From Antechinus flavipes (lineage: Eukaryota), in contig NC_067403.1 of the NCBI RefSeq assembly GCF_016432865.1, forward strand, positions 244,466,001-244,530,000: a stretch of DNA of 64,000 nt, written 5' to 3'. Positions 37,614-49,133 of the stretch are shown piece after piece; the first letter of the stretch is position 1; every line of letters begins with the position of its first letter. Under the pieces are notes generated by a model. It did not search any database. It saw only the letters and a program-made list of their open reading frames with translations, and had not been told where the DNA came from. Position numbers and translations under genes: made by a program.

Positions 37614-39599
37614 TAACATTAAGCAACAATAATAATCTTGAGATCTTGTCACCTAGTCCCAACACTTCCTGGTTTGCTACAGATGGCACCTGCTTCCATG
37701 GAATTATAAGATACTTTTATCTTGAAAGGAAAGCTATGATGAATCTGGACCAAATATTTTAAAAGCTGAGGTGTTTTATTAGAAACAAATCTTCTGTAGT
37801 CAAATATATTGATTTGCTTATTTGGTTTTGTTTGTTTCCTGGTAGCAATGATTTGTTATGAGAACTGGATAATAGGGAAGGCTATGCTGAGAACTTTTAA
37901 GTTCTAAATTTTGTCTTGAAGCTTCAGGGAGTTTGCATTTCTGAATTTCTTTCCCATTTTTATTTTATTTTTAGATTCCTACATAGATTTTATTTTATAA
38001 TTTCATGGAATATAGTAACAATTATTGCTATTTTGATAATAATGTTAGATGTTAATATTACTTATATTATCTTTCCTAGAACTCTTTTCCAAATGACTTA
38101 AAATTACATTTTTTTCCATGTATGGTAATCTTTCTTTTTTTTTTGTAAATTATTTATTTTTAATTGACATTCTAAATTTCAGAATATTTAGTTCTTAGAA
38201 GTGATTTTTTTTTCTTCTATAACATAAGTTTCATTACCATTCATTCCTAAATAATGCATTATTTATTTCATGTCATTTCTTTTAGTTACCCTTGTAATTA
38301 TTTGGGGAACTTTTTTTTTTGTTTTCCAGTGGCACAACTTGAATATATTATAGCATAATTCTTTTTTGTTTGATTTTGCCTTATATGCATGTATTAGTAC
38401 AAATTTCATTATAGCAGTTGATTATTTTCTTATTTTTCTCATCTAAGCCACCTCAGTATTAGGATTCTTGAGCTTAAGTCAAGCTCTATTCCTTGATAGT
38501 GTGTGAAATCTTTCACTTATACTAAGGAGGTTTTATAGAGTAGAATCATTTTTCCAGCCATTCTGGGGATGCTCCAGCTAGAACCTTTACCACATCATGT
38601 TGCTAGATTGAGCTGTTTCTCCGTTGCTAGGTACCTGCTCCTCGGTATTGGGATCATCCTAAGCTTAACTTTGCTTATGATCTTTCTCTTGCTACTGGGT
38701 TTATATCTATCTTTCCAATTGGGCATTACTGGAGTTGGAGAATCTCCTGATCTCTAGAGATCACCTCTTCAAATGTCCTGGAGCATCTTTGTATCATCCT
38801 CTACTTCAGTTTCTTCAATGCTTCAACTTTCATTTTATGCATCCCAAGTCTTGTTGGAGGAGTCTACATGAAACTTTTTCAATTTATTATCATTAATGGG
38901 TTCATTCAAATCTATTTGAGTTTTTGTGAGTCATATGAGCTACTATAAATCCTAAAAAAAAAAAACAAAAAAAACAGAAAAAACAAACAATTATCATATT
39001 CCTACAACCCATCTACCTTCTTTTCAGTTTAAAACCTTTTTAGTTTGCCTTGAAAAATGCTAAATACATCGATTCTAAACACACATATGTATGTATATGT
39101 AATGCATATATGGGTATATATGCATTATAAATAGTTATTCTTGAACATGCAATTCAATTATTCTTTTAAAATTCTTATTCAGCTATTCAATTTCTAAATC
39201 TTTGCTTCTCCAATGCAGCTTTTTTGATTAACAGAGATAAGAATTTTTTTTAAATGCTGTATTTCTTTTAAAAAAATTCCATGTTCTTGGATATGTGACA
39301 TCTACTAATGAATGACTCTTTAAGTATCATATGTCAGAATATTGTCAAGAGAAACCTTTGGAGGATTTTCAAATATTTAAAAAAAATATGAATCAGGCAA
39401 AGATTAGATATCTTTGTTACTATTTTCTATATATAAATTTTAAAGTTCAATATAGATTTTTGGCAATTTTTAGAATAGTTATTATAGACTTTTTAACATT
39501 GCTATATTTAATTCCTTTTTTTAATTTTTTTATTCATAAAACAACTCTTAGTTTTGTTTATTGAGTAGTTCGTTTATTATTTATTTATTGTAAATTAAT

Positions 39600-40447
39600 G
39601 TACATTATTTGATTATTCAAATGTTTTCATACTTCCAATTTTATTAATCTATACTTTTATTTTCAGAAATTCAAATTTGGTATTTAATTGGGGAGGGGTT
39701 AATTTGTTCTTTTTCTAGCATTTTTAGTTGCAAGCTTAATTCATTGACTTTCCTATTCTCTAATTTATGCAAGTAAGCATCTAGAGGTATAAAATTTCCC
39801 CTTAGAACTGCTTTGACTGCATCCCACAAATTTTGGCATGTTGCCTCATTGTAATTCTCTGATTGTGTGTAATTTGTTGTTTCACCCACTCATTCTTTAG
39901 GAATAGATGATTAGTTTCCAAATTGTTGGTCTATTTTTCATTGTCTTTTATTACTTATAATTTTTATTGCCTCATGATCTGAAAAAGATTCATGTGTTAT
40001 TTCTGCATTTCTGCATTTGATTTTGAGATTTTTATGCCCTAATACATGGTTAATTTTTTTTGTAGGTTCCATGTGCCACTGGAAAAAAAATACAGTCCTT
40101 TCTGTCTCCATTCACATTTCTTCAAATGTCTATCATACCTAACTTTTCTAAAATTTTATTTGTCTCCTTAATTTCTTTATTATTCATTTTGTTGTTGATT
40201 TATCTATTTGTGATACAGCAATATTGAAATCCCCCATTATGGTGTTTCCATCTATTGCTTCTTGAAGCTCTCTTAACTTCTCTTTTCTAGGAACTTGGAT
40301 GCTATAACACTTTGTACAGATATGTTTTATGTTGATATTACTTCATTACCTATGGTGCCCTTTAGGAAAATGTAGTGATCTACTGCATCTTTTAAAAATA
40401 GTTCTATTTTTGTTTTTCCTTGATCTGAGATCAGGACTGCTACCCCT

Positions 40448-40482
<35 letters not shown>

Positions 40483-42893
40483 TTCAGTTGAAGCATTGTA
40501 GATTCTTTTCCATCCTTTGATCTTTATTCTGTATATATCACTCTACTTTAAACATATTTCTTCTAAACAATATGTTGTAGGATTCTGATTTTTAATCTTT
40601 CACATTCACATTCACAGTAAAAATTACTCTCTGTATTTCCTACCATTTCCCCCATGTTGTACTTTTCTCTTTCTTTCCCTCTTTTCCCCATCCCCATTGT
40701 GTGCTTCTGACCACCACCTTTTTCAAATAACTCTCCTCTTTTACAGTTTCTTTCCCATTCTACTTCTGTTCTCCCTTCTATTAGCTTCCTTTTTTCCTTT
40801 CCCCTTTGCCCTCCTATTTGCTTATACAGTGAGACAAGTTTCTCTATGAAATTAAATATGTCTGATATTCTCTCTTTGAGGTAAATCTGATGAGATTAAG
40901 GTTCAAATAATGCTCACCCTCCTCTCACTTTTTCCCCTCAAGTGTAATAGATGTTATTTGCCTCTTCATGAGATGTAATTTACTCATTTTTGCCTCTTCT
41001 TTCTTCTTCTTTCAATCTAATCCCTTTTCCATCCTTCCATCCTTTTTTTACATTGTCACAATAAATTTAAATCATACCTACACCCTCTAAGTATCTCTAA
41101 CAAAGATACAGTTCTCAAGAATTTAATATGTCATCTTCCTGTAGAGGGATGCAAACTTTTTTTAACTGAAAACAAAACAAAACAAAACACTTTTTTAAAA
41201 ACCTTTTTAATCTTTAGCTTCCCTTGAGTTTTGCATTTGACGACCAAAATTTCTACTTAGCTCTAACCTTTTCATCAAAAATAAGTGACATTTATCTATT
41301 TAATCAATGTCCATCTTTTTCACTGAAATATAATGTTTAATTTTGTTGAATACCTGATTTTTGGTTGCAATCCAAGTTACTTTATTGTTCTGATTTTTGA
41401 TGCTTTAGATTCTAGGTCTTTTGATCCTTTAAAATAAAAGCTACTAGGTCCTGGTAATCCTGATTACAGTTTCTCAATATTTGAATTGTTACTTTTAAAC
41501 TACTTGTGCAATATTTTTTCCTTGATTTGATAATTCTGAAATTTAGCTATGATATTTCTTGAAGTTTTCATTTTGGAATCTCTTTCAGGAGGTAATAAGC
41601 ATATTCTTTCAATGGCTATTTTATTCTCTTGTTCTAGGACATCAGGGAAGTTTTCCTTGATGTCTCTTTGAAAGAAGATGTCTAGGTTGGTGGTTTTTTT
41701 TTTTTTTTTTTCATGTTCTTCATATAGTCCAACGATTCTTAGATTGTCTCTCTTGAATATTTTTTTTTCAGATCAGTTGTATTTCAAATTAGGTATTTTA
41801 TATTTTCTTCTAAATTTTAAATAAAAAAATTGACTGATTCCTTATTTCTCATTGAGTCATTCACTTCCATTTGTTCAATTATAATTTTTAGTGAATTATT
41901 TTCTTCAGTTAGCATTTTGACTCCTTTTGAATTTGTCCCATTGAACTTTTAAATGAGTTGTTTTATTAACTGGATATTTTCTCCATTTAACAAATTCTGT
42001 TTTTCAAGGAGTTGTCTTCTTTTTTCTATTTTGTTCAATCTATTTTTAAGGAGTTATATCATTTTTTTTTTAATTTCGCTAAATCTGTTTTTAAGGAATT
42101 TTCTTCAAATAATTTGTTTCATTTACCTAACTCTCATACAAAGTTCTCATTTCCTTTCCCCATTTTTCTTCTAACTTTCTCTTGACATCTTTTTTAATTA
42201 TTTCAAGAGAGCTTGTGAAATGGAAGACTTCATCTGGAGACAGTTTCCTTTTAATGTCCTCAGTGTTTGAGGTTAGGTCTTCCCTGTCTCCATAAAAGCT
42301 ATGTGTGATCAGCGCTTTTTTTTTTTTTTTACTTTTTTGTTCATTTTTAAATGTTCAGGTGTGTTCTTAGAGTAAAGGGAAGATTATCCCAACCTTCCTC
42401 TATAAGTGACAACTGCTTCCTGCTGTCCTCAGCCATTGATGTTGTCTTCCTGTCTGTTGTGGTTGAGTATGGTCAAGTTTTGCATTGTTCTGTGGTTCAG
42501 GGCTCACTATTTACCTTCTGTAGTTATGTTGGAGGTCTCACAATTGGTCTGCTGATTTACTAACATCTGAACCAGGACAGAGTAGCCAACGCTGATTTTT
42601 TTTGGCTAAGAACCTCCCTATAGATTCTTCTGGGATGATGAAGCCACTCTTCCCTAGGACTCTGATTTTAACCTATCGTGGTCCACCTCCCCCAATCCAT
42701 TTTGCTAAATTGAGACAGACCTTTCCTGAAGTTCTTCCAAAATATTTTCTGCTAGAAATTTATTGTATTCAAAATATGTGTTGGTTCTATCACTCTAAAA
42801 TCAGTTCTGAGACTTGATCTGGTATTGATTAGAGGAAAGCCAGGAACAGATATGACAAAGAACTGTCTACTCTCCACCATCTTGGCTTCACCC
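39600..42893 (-). mobile_element. 5' half of an L1 (5'UTR, ORF1, spacer, ORF2 endonuclease region), 3'-truncated
   Basis: 5' terminus gccaagatgg (ccatcttggc at 42877-42886); ORF1 relic ~41230-42260; ORF 39671-39889 (CQNLWDAVKAVLRGNFIPLDAYLHKLE) is ORF2. Confidence 0.9.
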
Positions 42894-43311
42894 TTGCTAA
42901 AGTGCTTTTTCAAAAGTCATCAAGATCAATTTATGATGAGGATGATGCTGAAGTCAAGAGTGATCACATCTGTTTGTAAAAGAAATTAGGCTTTGAGTTA
43001 CTAGACCAGGTGTTTCATTTCCTGTATATCATTTTCACTAGCAGAAACATAACATCATTGAAAGATTATACCATTCTCTGGTTTATAGAAACTACAGAAA
43101 AGCACAAATATTATGGTAGATAGAACTACTATTCAAAGAGCAAGTTAAATATTTGTTTCCAGAAATGAAGTCAAATTGACAATTACATATTTCATACTCG
43201 ATTCATGTTGAAACACCCACACCCACACCCACTACATGTGTGTATTTGTTATATATATTCCATAGATGTATATATTGTGGGTTGTATTGAATGGTGGGTA
43301 TAATGAAGATA

Positions 43312-43312
<1 letters not shown>

Positions 43313-43352
<40 letters not shown>
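43313..43352. repeat. (CA)n(TA)n microsatellite
   Basis: Perfect compound repeat. Confidence 0.9.
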
Positions 43353-43353
<1 letters not shown>

Positions 43354-43379
43354 GTAAGAGAGATACAGACAGAAAGTCA

Positions 43380-43610
43380 TTTTTCATTCATATCTGAGAT
43401 TTAGGGACCAAGTTTTAAGTTTTAACTGCAAAAGTACTGAAGCAAGTTGCCATTTCCTTCTGCAAATCATTTTATGGATGAGGAACCTCAGGAAAAAAGA
43501 ATAATTTTCATGGAGTCATACAGTTAATCCAAGTCCAACTTTGAACTCAGGGAGATGAATCTTTTTCATTCCAATCCCTGAATTTTTTCTACTGTGCCAC
43601 CGAGGTGTCA
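43380..43610 (-). mobile_element. Mar1-like CORE-SINE
   Basis: ttgccatttccttctgcaaatcattttatggatgaggaacc...ttgaactcagggagatgaatcttt...actgtgccacc. Confidence 0.75.
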
Positions 43611-43669
43611 ATAGATGTTTGCACCTGTATATTGTGCATGTATTTGTGCATGTGAAGATGTATGTCAAA

Positions 43670-43817
43670 TCTCTCAACCTCAGTGACTACACCTATAAAA
43701 TTGGGATGATAATAGAACCTCCCTCAGAGAGTTAATGTGAGGAACAAATGAAATGTTATATAGATAGAACATATAGTAATAAACTTGAAGTACTCTGAAA
43801 GTCTAGTTGTTATTATT
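43670..43817 (+). mobile_element. MIR 3' half
   Basis: ctctcaacctcagt...ctataaaattgggatgataatagaacctccctcagagagttaatgtgagga...agttgttattatt. Confidence 0.7.
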
Positions 43818-43831
43818 CTCTGGTAACATAG

Positions 43832-44729
43832 TGTGGTGATTTTCTTCTTTAAAATATACTAAAATGATGGTTTTCTCTGGGTGAAAGCAGATTTCTAAGG
43901 GGATGTTTTCTGGAGATAGCCTTAGTTTCAGTTCAGATCAATAATTGTCCCAAATGCAGCCAGGTGATAAAAGTTCAGATCTTTTATTGTCTCCAATATA
44001 GCCCAGTTAGCTTAGAGACCTATCTCTCTGCTTGGTTCCAAGAGCTCCCTCCAAATGTCTCCAGATCCAAAGGTTTGTCCTCCAGTCAGCCAAGTGGAAA
44101 ATGGAATGGATCTCTCTTTCTCGGAGAGAGGGCTTCTGGATCTCAATCTCCAATATAGCTCAGTTAGCTTTTCTTAGAGGCCTTTCTCTCTCCTTGCAGC
44201 TTTGTCCTTTGCTTCTACCATTGCTTTCTTCAGCCTCCAGAACCAGCACCATGTTGAATCTGTCTTGCCTCTGAGAGAGGGCTTCTGGCTCTCAATCTCC
44301 CAGAGTGTTCCTCTCTGACCCCAGTCAATGTTCCAAAGTAAGACTCCTCACCCAGAGAGGGCTGCTGGCTGAACTCACTTGATGCTCCCCTCTCAATCTA
44401 AATTCAACTCCGCTCCCTGTGTAATTCAGCTGAATTCTGTCTGAGAGCCTCTGTCTGTTTCTTATATATGAGAGAGGAATTGTGGGATACAAGAGAGAGG
44501 GATTATGGGTTTCTTCCCAGAGTGCTCTCTGGTCCCAAGAGCTTCAAGGGAGGTGTGAATTCACAAAGTTACACGGTTAGCTTTGTGTATTTCCCATACT
44601 TGTGAATTCCAATGAGTAAAGTTGTAAACACAAGCATTGTATCAATTACATTGAGTTAACACTAGGATTCTAACATCTCCCTTGAGTTATCACCTTGTTT
44701 CAAGTTGAGTTAACACTAGGATTCCAACA
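43832..44729 (-). mobile_element. Solo ERV LTR (898 bp) with perfect 6-bp TSD
   Basis: TSD acatag at 43826-43831 and 44730-44735; minus-strand termini TGTTGG...CCACA; TATA-like TATATAAG (44461-44468) and AATAAA (43983-43988) on minus; internal direct repeats. Confidence 0.92.
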
Positions 44730-45209
44730 ACATAGGGTATCTTTCCTTGACTTCCTTTAGATAGTAATGTAGACATTTTACATCTATGGCATTGGATATA
44801 GTGATTTTACTTAATTAACAGATACACATTGATTTCCAGAATGGCTTTACTAATACATTTTTCCAGCAATCAGTTACCTTTCTAAAAACTTTAAAACACT
44901 GGAAAACTTCATTTTGAACCATTTTTTTTTTGCTTTTTTCTTTATATTTGATGATACTATGTAGGTATACAAATAATGCTTTGATGCATTTTTACTGATG
45001 ATATTGACCTCTTTGATATGGAATATATCTCTGTTAATAGAGGGTGAGAAATAAAAATCTTAAAGTTATCTATGTTGCTAATAGGTTAAGTGTTTTGTTG
45101 ACTTTCAAAAAATATTTTGCATAAACATTAAGATTTGAAATTAGGCCTTCTTAATCCCAAAGTCTGATAGCACTCCTCTACAGGTTTAAAAGTTTTCAAA
45201 TGTTTAAGG

Positions 45210-45405
45210 TATTAAGTCATTTTATCCTCATGAGGCACTCTGAAGTATATTCACATCTCATTTTAGAGATGTGAATCAGAGGCTGAAAGGGGTTACGTAA
45301 AATTAAATAATTTTACATACTAATATTTGTCTAAAACAAGATTTGAATCCAGTATTTTTCCCCCTCAATGCAAGTCTAACATTTTATCCTCCATGACATG
45401 CAGAT
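45210..45405 (-). mobile_element. MIR SINE
   Basis: catctcattttagagatgtgaatcagaggctgaaaggggttac...gatttgaatccag. Confidence 0.65.
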
Positions 45406-45901
45406 GTTTTCACATATACATAAATGAGTATGAATATTTGAAAATTATACATTTATGAAAATTATTCATGCTTTTGGTAAAACTGTGTAATATTATGAGG
45501 GATTTGTATATACTTCTCTACTATGCTTATAGGGTTTTTGAGTTGGTTCCATTTTATTTACACTGACTGTAGAGCATTTTCTTATTATGAGTTATTTAGG
45601 TAATTGAATTAATTTTGTTATTCACTTCAAGATAGAAAACAATTTTAAAAATAACAAAACCCCAAAACCATTGAACCAAAAGCTGGTAATGATTAATGGT
45701 GGGTACTTTTCTTTTCTTATAAGTACTACTGCAATCAGCTTGAGAATTTCAAACATACATATGTTTTTATAACTTGTGAGTATATGGGATGATTAATAAA
45801 TTTTTCAAATCGAGACCAGAGAAGAGATTGGAAGAAGGAAATGTAAGAATTTTTTTATGAATAAAGTAAAAAAGTAGAATCTGTAAATTTATGCATAGGC
45901 T

Positions 45902-46870
45902 TCATGATACAAACCATTTGGGTAATAATTTCGTTACTGCAGCAATGACATCCTTGTTTCTTAAACTATATATCATAGGGTTAAACACTGGTGTCACAAT
46001 GGTGTAGAAAAGAGAGAGTACTTTGTCTATGCCTGACAAACTGCTGGATTTGGGTATTGAATATGTAATGATAGCAGAACCAAAGAATAATACTACAACT
46101 GTGAGATGGGAAGAGCAAGTGGAAAATGCTTTATATCTCCCAGTGGCTGAAGGCATTTTCATAATGGTAGTGATGATTTTGATATAGGACCCAAGGATCA
46201 AAAGAAATGGAACCATAGCAAACACCGCAGCATCAACATAAATAGTTAACTCATTCATAAGGTTTTTACCACAGGCTAGCTTCAGTAATGGGGGCATATC
46301 ACAGAAGAGATGATTGAGTTTATTAGAACCACAGAAAGGCAGAGAGAAAATCTGATATGTCTGCCCTATCACAATTGGCATTGCACTGACCCATGAGGCA
46401 ATGACCAAATGAGTACACACTTTGTAGTTCATGATGAGAGAATAGTAGAGAGGCTTACAGATGGCCACATAGCGATCATATGCCATCACAGCCAGGAGCA
46501 AACACTCAGTGCCTCCTAACATAAGTAGGAAACAAAGTTGTAATGCACAGTTGAAGAAAGAAATATTTTTTTTCTTGGTCCAAAGGCTCATCATCATTCT
46601 TGGGAGAGTAACTGAAGTGTAACATATTTCCAAAAAAGAAAAATTACCAAGGAAAAAATACATGGGTGTTTGAAGACTTGGATCAATCTTGGTTATTAGG
46701 ATAATGAGACCATTCCCTAACAAGATAGTCAGGTACATGATTAAGAAAATTACAAACAGAATCTCTTGGAGTTTAGGTATGTCAGAAAATCCCAGAAGAA
46801 TGAATTCTACCACCTTTGTAATATTTCTTCCTACCATTAAAAAAAGTCCACATATGAAAATATTGACCAT
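45902..46870 (-). CDS. OR10AG1-like: Olfactory receptor, OR10AG1-like (OR-4), 322 aa from first ATG or 311 aa from ATG at 46837, intact
   Basis: NIT glycosylation site, LQTPMYFFL, MLGGTECLLL, MAYDRYVAICKPL, IGQTYQIF, KAFSTCSSHL, PVFNPMIYSLRNKDV. Confidence 0.95.
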   Translation of the reverse strand: MVNIFICGLFLMVGRNITKVVEFILLGFSDIPKLQEILFVIFLIMYLTILLGNGLIILITKIDPSLQTPMYFFLGNFSFLEICYTSVTLPRMMMSLWTKKKNISFFNCALQLCFLLMLGGTECLLLAVMAYDRYVAICKPLYYSLIMNYKVCTHLVIASWVSAMPIVIGQTYQIFSLPFCGSNKLNHLFCDMPPLLKLACGKNLMNELTIYVDAAVFAMVPFLLILGSYIKIITTIMKMPSATGRYKAFSTCSSHLTVVVLFFGSAIITYSIPKSSSLSGIDKVLSLFYTIVTPVFNPMIYSLRNKDVIAAVTKLLPKWFVS

Positions 46871-47900
46871 GGGACAGATAAATTGCTTCTTCTCTTATGG
46901 TCCTCTTTCCTTTCTCTGCAAAATAAAGATAGAAAATTAAATGGTCTGCAAATTGCCTTCCACATCTCATCTTTTAAGGTACAATCTATTTCCTAACTAT
47001 ATCAAAATATGAGATTGAGAACATTTTTATCTCTGCTATTATTTATTCTACGATGTAAGGCTCTTGATCATTTATTATATTTTTCATTTTAATATACATC
47101 AAACTTTGACATCCTATCTGCTCTGTTTTCAATTAGAACAGATTGCTTAATATAATATACTCAATATCTAATGTCTAACCAATATCTACTCTTCAGTAGC
47201 TAACATTCTAATGTTTTCTGCTACACACTCACTGTTGTCTCAAAATTCCATCTTTCTAGAGTTCCAGAACATGTAGCTTTAAATATGAATGCCAGTAATA
47301 AAATTTTAAACAATTTGAAATTATTATGAATCACATAAAAAAGAATAACATTCCAAATATAGTGACTATGTTAACAGGGGTTAAGTTAATTTTAATATGG
47401 GACATGAACTTTCTATAAAGTTTTATGTGAAAAACAGACATAATTGCTAAGCCTAAATAAAATTGGTCTCATAAAAGGGTTTCTGTAAATCACTATACTT
47501 TGCTTATGCTGTATTTTTCCTTTGCTATGCTGTTCTCAGTCTTTGCTGCTTAACAAAATTCTTGTTTTTTTTTTTTTTTTTCATGTTACAAACTAGTTTT
47601 GATTATCTATCTTCTAATTCATTCTTTCCTGAACCTTAAAAAAGAATAAATATTTTCTTCAAATTCCATTGCAATTGATTTGGATCTTGTATACTTAGAA
47701 TTTAATGTTACTGTTTCATTCTTTTTTGCTTTCTCCTCCGATTCTTCCATTTAGCTTATTATTTTTGGCAGTGTGGCTAGTAATCAATTACATATATCAC
47801 AAATATATGTGGACTCAATTATATTTGAATTTTTGTTATTTTAAGTTACATTTGTATATAAAATATGGTAAGTAGCTCCACAAAAATGTGATTATAAAAT

Positions 47901-48438
47901 TGTAATGTCTGGGCTAGCTCTCTGGAGGTCCTCCTAATGGGCCTTGGTTTCAGTGGAATAATCACCACAAAAATAGTCAGGAATAAAGTCCAAAATCTTT
48001 ATTATCTCCTTTACAGTCTGTCTCCTTTGCTTGGGGGCAGGCTAGATTTCTGGGGGACCTTCAGATGGGCCTTGGTCTTAGTGGAGAAGTGGAGGAGAAC
48101 AGGCCAGCCACCACTAGGGTCTTTGTCTTCTAGTCTGTTCCAGTCCTCCAGCCTCCAGTCCTCTGTCTTTTTTATCTCCAAGCCTCTCTTCTGGGTCTGA
48201 CTTTTATCTCTTAAATACTCTAACAATTAAATCCATTCATCATGCTGAATATAAGTCAATCATTATATCACTAGGGAACCATTATTTGTTGTAAGATTAA
48301 ATCAATCATACTGAACTAGAGAACTATTCATCTTCATGCTAAACTAGATAACCATTGTCTTATCAATTCCATTGAGTTAACACCTTGTTGTAAGCACCCT
48401 TGCCTCGAATATATTTCTCCAGAGTTCTGGCCATTGCA
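47901..48438 (-). mobile_element. Solo ERV LTR (538 bp) with 6-bp TSD (1 mismatch)
   Basis: Minus-strand termini TGCAATGG...ATTACA; TSD taaaat (47895-47900) / tacaat (48439-48444); AATAAA on minus at 47998-48003; shares gcctt(a/g)gtttcagt and gtgttaactcaatg blocks with the 43832-44729 LTR. Confidence 0.9.
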
Positions 48439-48479
48439 TACAATGATAATTTGAATTATGTCACCATTAGATTATATTC

Positions 48480-48655
48480 CTTATTTGTCATGATGCATAT
48501 TTAGCTGGATATCTATAACCTTGTTGTTTGTTCTGTTGCATTGAAGAATTCTTGAGAATTGGGACTGCTTAAAAAAAATACATCTCCAATAGTTAGCATC
48601 CTGGCCAGAAAATGATAAGAGCTTTAATATTGATCGTTAATTAATTGAATTCAAT
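48480..48655 (+). mobile_element. L2 3' end
   Basis: aattcttgagaattgggactgc...catctccaatagttagcatcctggc...gctttaatattg resembles the L2 terminus. Confidence 0.55.
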
Positions 48656-48789
48656 GTCCCCAATTCTATTCTCTTCACTTAAGATGCAAAAATGAAAAAA
48701 ATAAAAGTATCCCCCTCAAGAAGCCTGCACTTTAATGAGCACATTCTATTTGTATGTTTTTATGTCTCTTGTCTTTTTCTATGTCTCTA

Positions 48790-49060
48790 TGTCTTTTTTT
48801 CTCTTCTCTCTCTCTGTCTGTCTGGATCTCTCTCTCTCTTTCTCTCTTTCTTATATATACATATTCATACATATGGAGACTATATAAAAGCATGTGTGTG
48901 TGTGTGTATGTGTGTGTGTGTATACTTTGCTTTTCTCCAGCATATATATGTTTATGCGTATGTATGTGTGCATGTTACATATGTATGTGTGTGCATATAT
49001 CTGTATCTATATAATTGTTAGGAAAAGCAGGAATGCACATATATGTACATACATATAGAC
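48790..49060. repeat. CT/TG/TA low-complexity tract
   Basis: Degenerate dinucleotide repeats. Confidence 0.85.
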
Positions 49061-49064
49061 ATAT

Positions 49065-49133
49065 GATAGGTTGCTCAATGGATAGAATGCAGACCCTAGA
49101 ATCAGAAGGACCTGAATTCAAATGCAGTTTTAA
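49065..49133 (+). mobile_element. CORE-SINE head running into assembly gap
   Basis: caatggatagaatgcagaccctagaatcagaaggacctgaattcaaat tRNA-derived head; N gap 49134-49262. Confidence 0.7.

Noticed and set aside
38569-38757. Hydrophobic 62-aa plus-strand ORF as a small membrane protein
   Set aside because: Its hydrophobicity is the antisense shadow of a purine-rich relic on the minus strand; no splice or promoter support.
43990-44729. CRISPR-like repeat-spacer array
   Set aside because: Only 2-3 irregular copies of each block inside an LTR in a mammalian genome; no cas genes.
43832-48438. A single provirus or composite transposon that captured OR-4 between two LTRs
   Set aside because: Each LTR has its own distinct 6-bp TSD, they differ in length (898 vs 538 bp), and no gag/pol, PBS or PPT relic was seen, so these are two independent solo LTRs.
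3510-49021. ORFs rich in Y/I/C/V/H/T or ER/SL repeats (3510-3815, 4280-4462, 35019-35302, 48692-49021 and others)
   Set aside because: They are translations of dinucleotide microsatellites.
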